Assembly: GCA_034435835.1 (NCBI GenBank)
Contig: DAOTWF010000017.1
Span: 79,617-143,616 of the forward strand
Reading direction: 5' to 3'
From: Dehalococcoidia bacterium
GTDB lineage: Bacteria; Chloroflexota; Dehalococcoidia; GIF9; UBA5629
DNA: 64,000 nt
A program made the translations under genes and the position numbers. Positions 9,309 to 19,243 of the stretch are shown piece by piece. The notes beneath the pieces were generated by a model. The model saw only the letters and a program-made list of their open reading frames with translations. It did no database searches and was not told the DNA's origin. Position 1 is the stretch's first letter, and each line of letters begins with the position of its first letter.

Positions 9309-12300
9309 TCAAGCTGCGCCCACCCCGGACGGCACCCCTGCCCTGCGGGCACAGAACTTTATCAGCTCGGCGAAGCTGTTTATCTTCGCCAGATTGTTGG
9401 TCTCCGGGAAGCCATCGTAGGTGAGGCTGATCCAGGGCTTGTGGTAGAGCAAACTCAACTTTTCCGCCATCGCTGCCACAATGCCGCCGGGCATGCAGCC
9501 GTGGGGCATCACCGAGATGACGCCGGCGAATTTGGGGTTCTCCAGCCACTCCACACCGCCGCCGATGCTGAGCACCGCCTCGCTGCCACACTTCGGCGAA
9601 AGATAACGGCTGGTAAGTTCTAGTATTTCGGTCACCGCCGGCTCAACGATGTCCAGCACCTCGTGGCAGTGTCGGGCAAGCGAATGCTCGTCGCGCTCCT
9701 GAATGCGCTTCTTAATGTAGCTGACGATGGCTTTGCCCCAATTTCTGTCCATCACAGCGTCCTCCAAGTGGCGGTGGTAGATGTACTTCAACCATTCGCC
9801 CACCGGCGAGACCACCACCTCCAGCCCCGCCGCCTCACAAGCCCCCACCAGGTCGTTGTTGCTGAACCTGTTGGAGCGGAGGTAAATCTCGCCGTTTATA
9901 CCCACCAGCGGCCTTCGCGGCAGCGAGGTGTCGATTACTCCCCTGAATGCGGTAGCCGCTTCTCTAAGCAGGTCACCGAACGGCTCCTTTTTGCGGATGC
10001 GTTCTAAAATACGTGTTTTGTACTCCTCGAATAAACTCTCAGCGGCGCCGCGCTCTTTCTCGTAAGGGCGAGTGCGCCACAGGAGCTTTTCCAGATGGTC
10101 GATGGCGACTATCCCCCGCCACGCCAGCCGCTCGAAGTCACGTCCTAGGTTTATATCACGGTAGGCGTTGTTGGAGACGGTGGTACGGATGGGGAACTCG
10201 AAGCCGAGGTCTTTGAGCGCCCGCATGTGTTCGATGGCATATTTGCCGAAGCGACAGGGACCGTAAGAGCCAGCGGTAAAGCCCTCGTACTCGTCCAGCC
10301 GGTGATGGTTGTCATAGCAAAACTTGAGCAAGTCGCCCAGCGTCACCCTATATGGAAGGCACTCGGTTCCGGAGGTTATCTGGTTTGCCAGCAGGAGGTT
10401 GCGGTCGTCAGGCTCGGGCAGCACCAGTACCCTGGCACCACAGGCCTCCATGGCGGCGGCTATCGCCTCCACGTGGGTACACATGCGGTGGACTACCAGC
10501 GTCTTCTGCTCGGTGCGCACAAAGGGCATGGTGCCCCGGTATATGTCTTTCGGCTCCGACCTCTGCTCCCTGGCAGCTTTGGCATAGCCGGTAATGGTGT
10601 CCACAAAGGCTTCCAGACGGGTGACTATACCCGCCTCGGCGGCGTGCTCGTCTATCTCAAGCTGCCCCAGAGGCTTTCCACCCATGATATCTTCAACAAT
10701 TCTGAGTATGAAGGAGTTGGGACCGCAGCCAAAGTTGGTCACCACCAGACCGAACAGCTGCGGGTCGGACTCCACAATGGCGGCACCAGCGATGTGCCGG
10801 CTCTCCCACGCCCAGTAAGGACGGTCACTGTACTTCCTCACATCAACGGAGTCAAGCGGCAGGAAGTCAAGCGGCACCGGAACCACGCCCAAGTGCGCCA
10901 GTGTCTCAGCGATGCCCAGGTTGGCACCCGAGTCCTGCGACATATATGACCGGGTGAAGATGACCACCCCCAGCCTACCGCTTCTGCGCAGCTCTTCCAG
11001 CAGCCTCTTCCCCAGAGCCGCCTTTTCCGCCTCAAATTGTTGCTGTGCCTCGATGCCAGCAAGCGCTGCCTTCCTCCCGGCGCTGCGGCTGAATCCCATC
11101 CTCACAGCGACATCCGCCAGGCTCTCGATGGTATCATCGTAGCCACGGCTGAAATCGGTGAAGGGGATGAGCAGCCGCTCACCGATGTCAAGCACCTGCC
11201 TGACGATGAATGGCGAAGCCTGCACCAGCGGGCAGGCATATTTCTGGTTCTCAGCCCCCTCTTTCCTGCCCAGGCGGATGGCACAGGGATAGAGGATGAA
11301 GTCCACCTTGTCTTTCAGGCTATCAGCATGTCCGTGTACCAGCTTTAGCGGGAAACAGCTATCGGTATAGCTCAGTTCCACCGACCTCTCGATGATCTCT
11401 TTGTTCGTCTTCGGCGATAGCACCACCCGCACGTTAAGCGCATTGAGGAAACCGAGCAGCAACGGTAGATAGTCATAGACGTAAAGTGCCCTAGGGATGC
11501 CCACCACCGGTCCCCTGCCCTCTCCCTCGCGGTACTCCTTCAGGAGCAGCCGCTCGCGCTCGTCGAAACAGGTGCTTATTCGCTCGCGGCTGATGGCGCT
11601 ATCATAGCGGTCGCAGCGGCTGCCGTAGAAGGTCGGCTTTTCGTTGGGAAGCTGCATCCGGGTGATGGTGCAGTTGTTGTCACAGCCCTTGCAGACGAAG
11701 GTGGAGAAGCTATACTGACCCTCTATCACTCGCTGAAAGCCTTTGAAGCGGGACTTCCCCCCCGCCATCTGTTCCTTAGCCAACAGGGCAGCGCCGATGG
11801 CGCCGCTGACCTCCTTGTGCTCAGCCACTATCAACTGCTTGTCTTTGAGCTGTTCGCAGAAGGCAGCGACCACCGCCTGGTTGTAGAAAACGGCGCCGGT
11901 GAGGATTACCTTGCTGCCCAGCTTCTTGGTGCCCACCACCTTGGAGAGGTAGTTTTTGGCGATGGAGTTAGCCAGACTGGCGGTGATGACCTCCATGGGG
12001 ACGTTGTCCTGCTGTACCGAAGCCACCGCCTGTCCCATGAAGGCAGCGCACCTGGTGCCTAAGTCTATGGTGTACGGTGCAGAAAATGCCAGCCGGGCAA
12101 ACTCGCCGTCCTTCACCGAGACGCCAAGCATCTCGGCAAGCTCGTCTATAAAGCTCCCGGTGCCGGCAGCGCAGGCCTTGTTCATCTCATAGTCCACCAC
12201 AGTGCCATGCCGCTTGAGCACCAGCTTGGAGTCCTGACCGCCGATCTCGATGATATCGGCATCCGGGTCTATCTCCGCCGCTGCCCTCGTCTGGGCGGTT

Positions 12301-13463
12301 ATCTCGTTCTTGATCAGGTCGGCACCGATGAGGCTGCCGATGAGATACCTGCCAGAACCGGTGACGCCTGCGCCGAGCACGGTGACCTTATCGGCGCCCT
12401 TCCTGAGCAGATTGCGGAAGACCTCCTTCACCGCCTCCACGGGCCTGCCTGCGGTCATCAGGTAGTGTTTTGCCAGCACCTGCTTTCCCGTCTCGTCCAG
12501 TATCACCGCCTTGGTGCTGGTGGAGCCCACGTCCACGCCGAGATAGCCGGCGCAGGGGGCGGTGATCACCGGGTCAACAGCGGACTGAACGCCACCCATC
12601 GGTTGGAGCGGCAACAACCTGAAGTAGCGCTGCTCGGCATTGGCAGGCACGGGGGGGACAACTCTGGAGCTCTTTCCCCGGGAGAGCAGGGCGGCGCCGA
12701 CGGCTTCGATGTGCAAGTAGTCCTCAGGGACCTTGATGCTGACCGGGTAGCCGTTCCTCTGGGAGATGAGCTCGTTTAAGGCTTTAATGATGGCAGCATT
12801 GGCGGCGACGCCGCCGACGAAGTAGACGGGCTCGCGGAAGGCTCCCTTCTTCAGCGATACCACCATGCGGGCTATGCTCTCGCACAGAGCATAGAGCATC
12901 GCCTCCACAGGGGCGCCCTTCTGCTGGAGGTGGATGAGGTCGGTCTTGGCGAACACGCTGCACCGGGCGGCGATGCGGGGAGGCGTGTCCTCACAGGCGA
13001 GCGCCAGCTTGGCGAACTCCTCCAAGTTGATACCCAGACGGTAAGCCTGCTGCTCTAAGAATCTACCGGTGCCGGCGGCGCAGAGCGGGTTTGCCGCCAC
13101 CTTCCACGGCTTATTCAGACCGTCCTCAAGCTCGATGACCAGCGCCGTCTGTCCGCCGATCTGGATGATGGTGCTGACGTCGGAATGGCGGTGGAGGAGT
13201 CCGTAGGCGATAGCCAGCGGGCTGGTATACTCCGACCAGTTAAGCTCCTTAGGTATCAGCCCTTTGTTCGAACCGCTGATGCCAGCGGCGGAGATTTCCT
13301 CGAAAGCCACCTTATGACTGAGGCGCCTGAGCAAAGAGCTTATGGCGGCGCCGGGGCTGGAGGTCACCTTCTCTGCATCCAGCCACAGCACCCTGCCCCC
13401 CTCATCGGCGAGCGCCAGCTTGGCGTTCACCGAGCCGATATCAAGTCCTAGAGAGTACGACAT
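9309..13463 (-). CDS. fusion of two BadF/BadG/BcrA/BcrD-type ATPase (2-hydroxyacyl-CoA dehydratase activase) modules with an HgdB/DUF2229-like dehydratase-component region
   Basis: Two ASKHA-type phosphate-1 motifs (LGLDIGSVNAKLAL; YLGVDVGSTSTKAVIL). Two activase cluster-helix regions (CAAGTGRFLE; CAAGTGSFID). Cys motif FVCKGCDNNC. Long C-terminal region of the type seen in about 1400-aa 'CoA-substrate-specific enzyme activase' fusions. Confidence 0.8.
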   Translation of the reverse strand: MSYSLGLDIGSVNAKLALADEGGRVLWLDAEKVTSSPGAAISSLLRRLSHKVAFEEISAAGISGSNKGLIPKELNWSEYTSPLAIAYGLLHRHSDVSTIIQIGGQTALVIELEDGLNKPWKVAANPLCAAGTGRFLEQQAYRLGINLEEFAKLALACEDTPPRIAARCSVFAKTDLIHLQQKGAPVEAMLYALCESIARMVVSLKKGAFREPVYFVGGVAANAAIIKALNELISQRNGYPVSIKVPEDYLHIEAVGAALLSRGKSSRVVPPVPANAEQRYFRLLPLQPMGGVQSAVDPVITAPCAGYLGVDVGSTSTKAVILDETGKQVLAKHYLMTAGRPVEAVKEVFRNLLRKGADKVTVLGAGVTGSGRYLIGSLIGADLIKNEITAQTRAAAEIDPDADIIEIGGQDSKLVLKRHGTVVDYEMNKACAAGTGSFIDELAEMLGVSVKDGEFARLAFSAPYTIDLGTRCAAFMGQAVASVQQDNVPMEVITASLANSIAKNYLSKVVGTKKLGSKVILTGAVFYNQAVVAAFCEQLKDKQLIVAEHKEVSGAIGAALLAKEQMAGGKSRFKGFQRVIEGQYSFSTFVCKGCDNNCTITRMQLPNEKPTFYGSRCDRYDSAISRERISTCFDERERLLLKEYREGEGRGPVVGIPRALYVYDYLPLLLGFLNALNVRVVLSPKTNKEIIERSVELSYTDSCFPLKLVHGHADSLKDKVDFILYPCAIRLGRKEGAENQKYACPLVQASPFIVRQVLDIGERLLIPFTDFSRGYDDTIESLADVAVRMGFSRSAGRKAALAGIEAQQQFEAEKAALGKRLLEELRRSGRLGVVIFTRSYMSQDSGANLGIAETLAHLGVVPVPLDFLPLDSVDVRKYSDRPYWAWESRHIAGAAIVESDPQLFGLVVTNFGCGPNSFILRIVEDIMGGKPLGQLEIDEHAAEAGIVTRLEAFVDTITGYAKAAREQRSEPKDIYRGTMPFVRTEQKTLVVHRMCTHVEAIAAAMEACGARVLVLPEPDDRNLLLANQITSGTECLPYRVTLGDLLKFCYDNHHRLDEYEGFTAGSYGPCRFGKYAIEHMRALKDLGFEFPIRTTVSNNAYRDINLGRDFERLAWRGIVAIDHLEKLLWRTRPYEKERGAAESLFEEYKTRILERIRKKEPFGDLLREAATAFRGVIDTSLPRRPLVGINGEIYLRSNRFSNNDLVGACEAAGLEVVVSPVGEWLKYIYHRHLEDAVMDRNWGKAIVSYIKKRIQERDEHSLARHCHEVLDIVEPAVTEILELTSRYLSPKCGSEAVLSIGGGVEWLENPKFAGVISVMPHGCMPGGIVAAMAEKLSLLYHKPWISLTYDGFPETNNLAKINSFAELIKFCARRAGVPSGVGAA

Positions 13464-13553
13464 CGTTCAAAATGCGGGATGTTGCCGCAGCAACCCTTCC
13501 GCCCTAATATTATAGCAGACCGCGATCAACCCCCTGCCGCTTTGAGAGGGGTA

Positions 13554-14342
13554 CTAGTCCTCGCCTAGCAGATGGCTCCTCACCTTGTCATAGCCCGGCG
13601 GGTGCTGGGAGGGGTACCTCATGAAGGAGGGCACAGGGTAACGGAACACGCCAGTCTGGTAGCCAGCCTGCAAGCCCTGGATGGTCTTCTCCACCTTGCT
13701 CATGGGTATGGAGAAGGCGCACTCGTGGTCCTGGGGGTGCCCGATGATCCTCTCCCCGGTACCCACAATGGCGAACTGGGCTTCGTCCGTCTGGATGGTG
13801 CGGGTGATGTAGGTGGTGCATCCCGCCCCAGCTGCCAGCGCCGTCTGGACATTTGGCTTGCCCGTGCCCATCAGGTAGCCGGAGAGCAACACCCATATCT
13901 GTGCCGGGCTGCCGTAGGTGAGGATAAGGTGGGGCTCGAAGTTGCAGCGGTGCAGCGGCGCTATCAGCGCATATTTATATTTGCCGTACTCGAATTTGGG
14001 CAGGTTCTGGATGCTGGCTGCCGCCTGCTCCTTGGTCATCCCCCATAGCCCCAAAGACGCCTGCAGACTGCCATCGGCGACGTCCGGAAGAAGCGGCAGA
14101 AATCCCAGGCTGATGCCGGCGATGTAGCAGCTCTGATACTTGTCCACAGCTATCGTCCAGCCGTACCTCCGCGCCATGGTCACCGCATGGCACAGCGAGA
14201 TGTTAAAGCCCAAGTCCTTCTGTGATGTTCGGGTCTTTTCCGGAAGCTCGCCCTCCGAGGCACACATCCGTATTGCCAGCGGGAAGGTCTGCGGCTTCAG
14301 GTACTGTTCCCACGCCGCCTGCACCTGTTTTGTATCTATCAT
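13554..14342 (-). CDS. DUF169-like protein (COG2043-type), function unknown
   Basis: 262 aa. The pattern PLAIRMC..PE....LCHAVTMARRYGWTIAV....CYIAGISLG resembles DUF169 from memory. Same strand as, and 90 nt upstream of, the activase fusion. Confidence 0.45.
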   Translation of the reverse strand: MIDTKQVQAAWEQYLKPQTFPLAIRMCASEGELPEKTRTSQKDLGFNISLCHAVTMARRYGWTIAVDKYQSCYIAGISLGFLPLLPDVADGSLQASLGLWGMTKEQAAASIQNLPKFEYGKYKYALIAPLHRCNFEPHLILTYGSPAQIWVLLSGYLMGTGKPNVQTALAAGAGCTTYITRTIQTDEAQFAIVGTGERIIGHPQDHECAFSIPMSKVEKTIQGLQAGYQTGVFRYPVPSFMRYPSQHPPGYDKVRSHLLGED

Positions 14343-14417
14343 AGCTCTATCTCCTCTTTACTATCTGCTTGGTGTCATTATAGCCCCCGTGGTACAATCA
14401 CTCAACCGCGAGGGCAA

Positions 14418-15161
14418 ATGAAGGTCAGGGAGGTCTTGGTCAGGGTCATACTGTCTAAATCGAAGGTGTTCGACTATGTGGTGAATCCCTATGTGGGCTG
14501 CCAGCATGGCTGTGCTTACTGCTACGCTAGGTTTATGAAGAGGTTCACCGGGCACAGCGAGCCCTGGGGTGAGTTCGTGGATGTGAAGGTAAACGCGCCA
14601 GACCTGCTCCCGCGGCAGATAGCAAGGGCGAAGCCGGGCAGGGTGTGGGTGAGCGGCGTCTGCGACCCTTACCAGCCGCTGGAAGGTAGATACCGGCTCA
14701 CCAGAAAGTGCCTCGAGATACTTGTCCAGCACCGCTGGGAGGTCACCGTCCAGACCAAGTCGCCGCTGGTGCTGCGAGATATCGACCTGCTGCAAGGCGC
14801 ACCTGGGATAGAGGTCGGCTTCAGCATCACCACCGCCGATGAAAATATCAGGAAGCTGTTCGAGCCCAAGGCACCGCCCATCGAGGAAAGGCTTGGGGCG
14901 CTTAAGGAACTCCACCGCGCCGGCGTCAGGACGTTCGCTATGATAGCGCCGCTTTTACCCGGTGCCGAGGGGCTCCCCGCCAGGCTCAACGGGAAGGTGG
15001 ACTATGTGTTAATAGACAGGATGAACTACCATTATGCCGACTGGCTCTACCGCAAGCAGGATATTGAAAGCGCCCTGAGCGATGGTTTCTTCTATACTAA
15101 AGCGAGGGGGCTTGCCACCGCCCTTGCCGTGCAGGGCATCGAGTGCCAGGTACTTTTCTGA
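14418..15161 (+). CDS. radical SAM protein, SplB/'DNA repair photolyase' (COG1533)-like
   Basis: NPYVGCQHGCAYCYARF (Cx3Cx2C). About 250 aa. Ends 85 nt upstream of aor. Confidence 0.7.
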   Translation: MKVREVLVRVILSKSKVFDYVVNPYVGCQHGCAYCYARFMKRFTGHSEPWGEFVDVKVNAPDLLPRQIARAKPGRVWVSGVCDPYQPLEGRYRLTRKCLEILVQHRWEVTVQTKSPLVLRDIDLLQGAPGIEVGFSITTADENIRKLFEPKAPPIEERLGALKELHRAGVRTFAMIAPLLPGAEGLPARLNGKVDYVLIDRMNYHYADWLYRKQDIESALSDGFFYTKARGLATALAVQGIECQVLF

Positions 15162-15246
15162 CCCCGCTGATGGTAGGGAAAAGGTAAATGACTGTATAAT
15201 AACGGGACAGGCAACAAAATAAGCTGCGCTTGCAGGGAGACGAATT

Positions 15247-17052
15247 ATGGCTGGCGGTTACATGGGAAAAGTGCTCTGGGTGGAACTCTCCACAGGAAAG
15301 ATGGAAGAGGAGCCACTCGTTGAGAAGATGTGCCACGATTTCCTCGGCGGCTATGGCATCGGCGCCAGGATACTCTACAACCGCATGAAGCCAGGCGTAG
15401 ACCCGCTGGGACCTGAGAACATACTGGGCATGCTCACAGGTCCCCTGACCGGCACCCCGGTGCCCACGGGGGCAAGGTACGCCGTGGTGGCGAAATCGCC
15501 GCTCACCGGGACCTGGGGCGACGCCAACTCCGGTGGTGACTTCGGTCCCTACCTCAAGTTCTCCGGCTACGACGGCATCTTTTTCACCGGCATTTCACCC
15601 AAGCCGGTCTACCTGCTCATCGACAACGGTAAGGCTGAACTCCGGGATGCCAGCCATATCTGGGGGAAGGACACCTACGATACTGAGGACGTTTTACAGG
15701 CAGAGCACGGCATGGACAGCCGTGTCTCCTGTATTGGTCCTACCGGCGAGAAAATGTCGCTTATCTCCTGCATCATCACCCAGCGCGGCTGCGCCGCGGG
15801 ACGTTCCGGGCTGGGGGCGGTGATGGGCTCCAAGAAGCTCAAGGCGGTGGTGGTGAAGGGAAAACACACAGTACCGCTGGCTGATGAAGAAACCCTTGAC
15901 CGACTGCGCAAGCAGTATCTGGCAGCACTCAACGATAAGCAATCGCCGCGGTATGCATTCACTCAGTCATTCCGCAAGTACGGCACCGCCGGTCATGCCG
16001 CCCTTTCAGCACACAATGGCGATACCCCGGTAAAGAACTGGGGCGGAATCGGCGTCATCGACTTCCCCGATGTCTCCGGAATTGAGCCCGAGGCGGTGAT
16101 AGCTAGGCTGGAAAAGCACATCGGCTGCTGGCACTGTCCTATAGCGTGCGAGGGCGCTTTGAAAGAAGGTGCCGGAGAATACTGGTACCCCGCGGGCACC
16201 CGCCGTCCTGAATACGAGACCATCGGTGTCTTCGGCACCATGTGCCTCAACAACCACACCGAGTCCATAGCCCGAGCCAACTACATCTGCAACAGCTATG
16301 GACTGGACACCATCTCCGCCGGCTGCACCATCGCCTTCGCCATCGAATGCTACGAGAACGGCATCATCACCAAGGCGGACACCGAAGGCATCGAACTCAC
16401 CTGGGGCAACCACCGCAGCATCCTGGCTGTGCTGGAGAAAATGGCAAGGAAAGAAGGCTTCGGTGCCGTGCTTGCTGATGGCTCAAAGCTGGCTGCGGAG
16501 AGGATCGGGCGTGGTGCCGACCGGTACGCCATACACATCGGCGGGCAGGAGCTGGGGCTTCATGACCCCAAACTGATGCCGCCGATGGTAGGACATATGG
16601 AGTCAGCGGCAGCGCGCTATCAGATGGACGCCACCCCGGGGCGCCATACACAAGGCTTCGGTCCCAGCGGCTTCCGTAACCACCTCAGCAACGCCACCGG
16701 CGTCTGCTATTTCGGCGGCATCGGTACTGAAATGCTGGCGGACTTCCTTAGCGCCGTGACCGGTTGGGAGTATACTAGAGACGAGCTATTAAAGACCGCT
16801 GAGCGCATCGCCACCTTGAGGCATGTGTTCAACCTCAGGGAAGGAATAAACCCGCTCAAGTGGTATGTACACCCGAGGATAATCGGTAGGCCGCCCCTCA
16901 ACGAGGGTCCCCTGGCAATGGTGACCGCCGACATCGAAGCCCAGGTATACTGGAACCTCGGCGCCCTGGACTGGGATCGCCATACCACCAAGCCAAGCAA
17001 GAGAAAGCTGACGGCGCTTGGCCTTGAGGATGTGATAAAAGACCTGTACTAA
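15247..17052 (+). CDS. aor: aldehyde:ferredoxin oxidoreductase (tungsten/molybdopterin AOR family)
   Basis: N-terminal GKVLWVELSTGK...FLGGYGIGARILY...GPLTG...KSPLTG...NSGG pattern. 601 aa, typical of the AOR family. Confidence 0.9.
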   Translation: MAGGYMGKVLWVELSTGKMEEEPLVEKMCHDFLGGYGIGARILYNRMKPGVDPLGPENILGMLTGPLTGTPVPTGARYAVVAKSPLTGTWGDANSGGDFGPYLKFSGYDGIFFTGISPKPVYLLIDNGKAELRDASHIWGKDTYDTEDVLQAEHGMDSRVSCIGPTGEKMSLISCIITQRGCAAGRSGLGAVMGSKKLKAVVVKGKHTVPLADEETLDRLRKQYLAALNDKQSPRYAFTQSFRKYGTAGHAALSAHNGDTPVKNWGGIGVIDFPDVSGIEPEAVIARLEKHIGCWHCPIACEGALKEGAGEYWYPAGTRRPEYETIGVFGTMCLNNHTESIARANYICNSYGLDTISAGCTIAFAIECYENGIITKADTEGIELTWGNHRSILAVLEKMARKEGFGAVLADGSKLAAERIGRGADRYAIHIGGQELGLHDPKLMPPMVGHMESAAARYQMDATPGRHTQGFGPSGFRNHLSNATGVCYFGGIGTEMLADFLSAVTGWEYTRDELLKTAERIATLRHVFNLREGINPLKWYVHPRIIGRPPLNEGPLAMVTADIEAQVYWNLGALDWDRHTTKPSKRKLTALGLEDVIKDLY

Positions 17053-17351
17053 TGGCTATGGGCGGAGCTGTATTCAACTGCACCATTGAGCTCTACGGCA
17101 TACCCAAGCAGATAACCACCGAGCGCAGGGTGGAGGTGGAACTCGAGGACGGGGTGGGACTTGCCGGGGTGATCGCCGCACTTCGCCGCAAAATCCCGGC
17201 GCTCGATGGCACGGTATTCCACCGCGGCGAGGACAGGCTTTCCGAGTTCTATGCCTTCAACATCAACGGGCGCTTCTATATAGACGACAAGGGTATCAGA
17301 GTCCACAAAGGGGACCGCATCGCCCTGCTCTCCCTCGCCGCCGGCGGTTGA
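17052..17351 (+). CDS. MoaD/ThiS-like ubiquitin-fold sulfur-carrier protein (C-terminal Gly-Gly)
   Basis: 99 aa ending ...LLSLAAGG-stop. Its ATG overlaps the aor stop (TAATG), which implies translational coupling. Confidence 0.6.
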   Translation: MAMGGAVFNCTIELYGIPKQITTERRVEVELEDGVGLAGVIAALRRKIPALDGTVFHRGEDRLSEFYAFNINGRFYIDDKGIRVHKGDRIALLSLAAGG

Positions 17352-17607
17352 ACTCACACCATTGCTCGAAACTATAGAGGACATCCGGGGTACGTGCTCT
17401 TTGATGGTTGCCGTAACGGTATAGCGCTACGGACTCACCACTCCCGGGCGCTCAAGAAAGGGCTCAGTCCCACCGAGTCTTCTGCAAACCAGAAGACAGC
17501 CACAGTCGTAGAGTCAAACACATTTAATAAATGCGGCGCCAGAGCCACATTTGCCTAGGAGCCGGTGCCCAGCCGGGGAAACCTGACTGTCTGATAGCAG
17601 ACTCTAT

Positions 17608-18399
17608 CTAATATACCTTCCTTCTGGCTGCCCAGACAATTATCCCAGCCGTGATAATCACCATACCCGCTATGGCAGCGTATACCACGCCCTGGGCAGG
17701 GACCTCAGGAAGGGAAAACCGCTTCAGCAATATTCCCAGCAGTGCCCAGTCAACCACAAGACAGAAGTAGATGTCCTTCCTTGACAGGAGCACTGACAGT
17801 GCAATCGCAATACCAGCGATGATCATCGCCACCGCCCAGAATTGCTCGCCGAGACCCCATGCATCCCACCCGATATCCACCAGGAAGGCGGTCACATTGG
17901 CGATCGTGGCTATGGTAATCCACCCTAGATACACGCTGAAGGGAAGGTGCACAAAATACTTCTCAGTCTTACTTGCGTCTGATTTACCGACCTGCAGCCT
18001 GAGGTAAATCGCCATCAGTGACCCCAGCAGCACCAGCATTATGACCAGCGATAGAGCCACGATTTCATAATGCCAGGCGAATATCCAGCCGATGTTAGCC
18101 AGACAGGAGATGAAAAACAGCACCCCGATCCTCTGTATGAAGACATTCCTCCGGAAGTCCCTTCGGACAGAAGGTATTAGCTGATATACGACAAAGACAG
18201 CAAGCAGCAGGTAGATTATCCCCCAGATTGAAAAGGTCAGCCCCGCGGGCACAAATAGATTGGGGTAGAGGTCGGCTAACTCGCCGGTGGTCCTGTTGTT
18301 TATGGGCAAGGCGTTAGCCAGCCCATTGACGACAATGGTGCCGAGAAACCCCAGCAGGTTAAGTACCGAAAGCACCAGCACCGGCCGATTTCTATTCAT
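17608..18399 (-). CDS. integral membrane protein, TspO/MBR-related (tryptophan-rich sensory protein-like)
   Basis: 263 aa with about 7 hydrophobic segments. N-terminal LGTIVVNGLANALPINNRTTGELADLYPNLFVPAGLTFSIWGIIY resembles TspO-related proteins. The family call is tentative. Confidence 0.5.
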   Translation of the reverse strand: MNRNRPVLVLSVLNLLGFLGTIVVNGLANALPINNRTTGELADLYPNLFVPAGLTFSIWGIIYLLLAVFVVYQLIPSVRRDFRRNVFIQRIGVLFFISCLANIGWIFAWHYEIVALSLVIMLVLLGSLMAIYLRLQVGKSDASKTEKYFVHLPFSVYLGWITIATIANVTAFLVDIGWDAWGLGEQFWAVAMIIAGIAIALSVLLSRKDIYFCLVVDWALLGILLKRFSLPEVPAQGVVYAAIAGMVIITAGIIVWAARRKVY

Positions 18400-18691
18400 A
18401 AATACCCCTCAGTATATTTAAGACACTGCGGCTCGGGCTTTGTCCTGTTTATCGCAGGGTCTTTGTCGCTATTTTACACCGTCCCCACCGCAGTAGCAAA
18501 AACGGTGCTACAGGTAGTACCTTTTCAACATTGTGAGCAGCTGTCCAGCACAGTCTCCGAGTTCCCGCAGCTCTTCAGGATGTGAAAACAATCCAGCTTC
18601 GCATGTGGAGGTCTGTAAGACCGGCCCCGTTTCCCGATCAGGGCCCTGCAACAACCTGCATTTCTATGTCGCCCCGCGTGTCTGAACACAA

Positions 18692-19243
18692 TTATCGAGA
18701 CGACGATGAAGATATGACGCAATAGATAGTAAGTAAATCTAGAGCGTCTTGCTCTGAACGTGAAAACAGTTTCTTGAACCAGATCTGGGCGACAAAACCT
18801 CATTACATCGGGATGTACCCCCGTCGGGGCAACTCGGAGCGAAGGCGTCCCGCAGCTTCTTCTGCTTCCGTAAGTGCACGAGCTTGTCGGTCTCGCATGC
18901 GCAGCTTACCGTCCTCTCCAAGCTCATAACCACAAAAGGCTAGGATCTTGTTCAACTCATTCCGACGCCAGTCAAAGAGCTCAGGGTTTTTGTGTATTGT
19001 ACAGGGCTCATTGCCTCTTCGGTAAAAGCACCAACAATGTTATCCGAGCGCTGTTGCACTTGGCACAGCTTCAGAGCTTCAAAAAGACGACGCCACTTGG
19101 TCACCGTAGGCATTGGGTCGAAGGATACCAAGCCGCTTCAAGATGGTGCCTATTTCACTTCCTGTGAGCCCGTGACAGGTATCAGCAGGGACTTTACAGA
19201 TACTTGTTATTTGTGCATCGTTAAATTTAGGGATTGCCGGCAT
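18692..19243 (-). pseudogene. decayed TIGR02391 / Hypoth_Ymh-family gene (multiple frameshifts plus an internal deletion)
   Basis: Minus-strand frame-walking from the ATG at 19243 gives five pieces. (1) MPAIPKFNDAQITSICKV..GLTGSEIGTILKRLGI.. (2) TKWRRLFEALKLCQVQQRSDNIVGAFTEEAMSPVQY. (3) PELFDWRRNELNKILAFCGYELGEDGKLRMRDRQARALTEAEEAAGRLRSEL. (4) VHPDVMRFCRPDLVQE. (5) EQDALDLLTIYCVI. Each piece lies in a different frame and is ended by a stop. Order and motifs match TIGR02391 family proteins as I recall them. The boundaries are approximate. Confidence 0.65.

Noticed and set aside
17477-17497. Perfect 8-bp hairpin GTCTTCTG-caaac-CAGAAGAC in the 256-nt convergent spacer after the MoaD-like gene.
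   Set aside because: No U-tract on either strand, so it is not a canonical intrinsic terminator. I could not recognise any ncRNA family in the spacer. Left unannotated.
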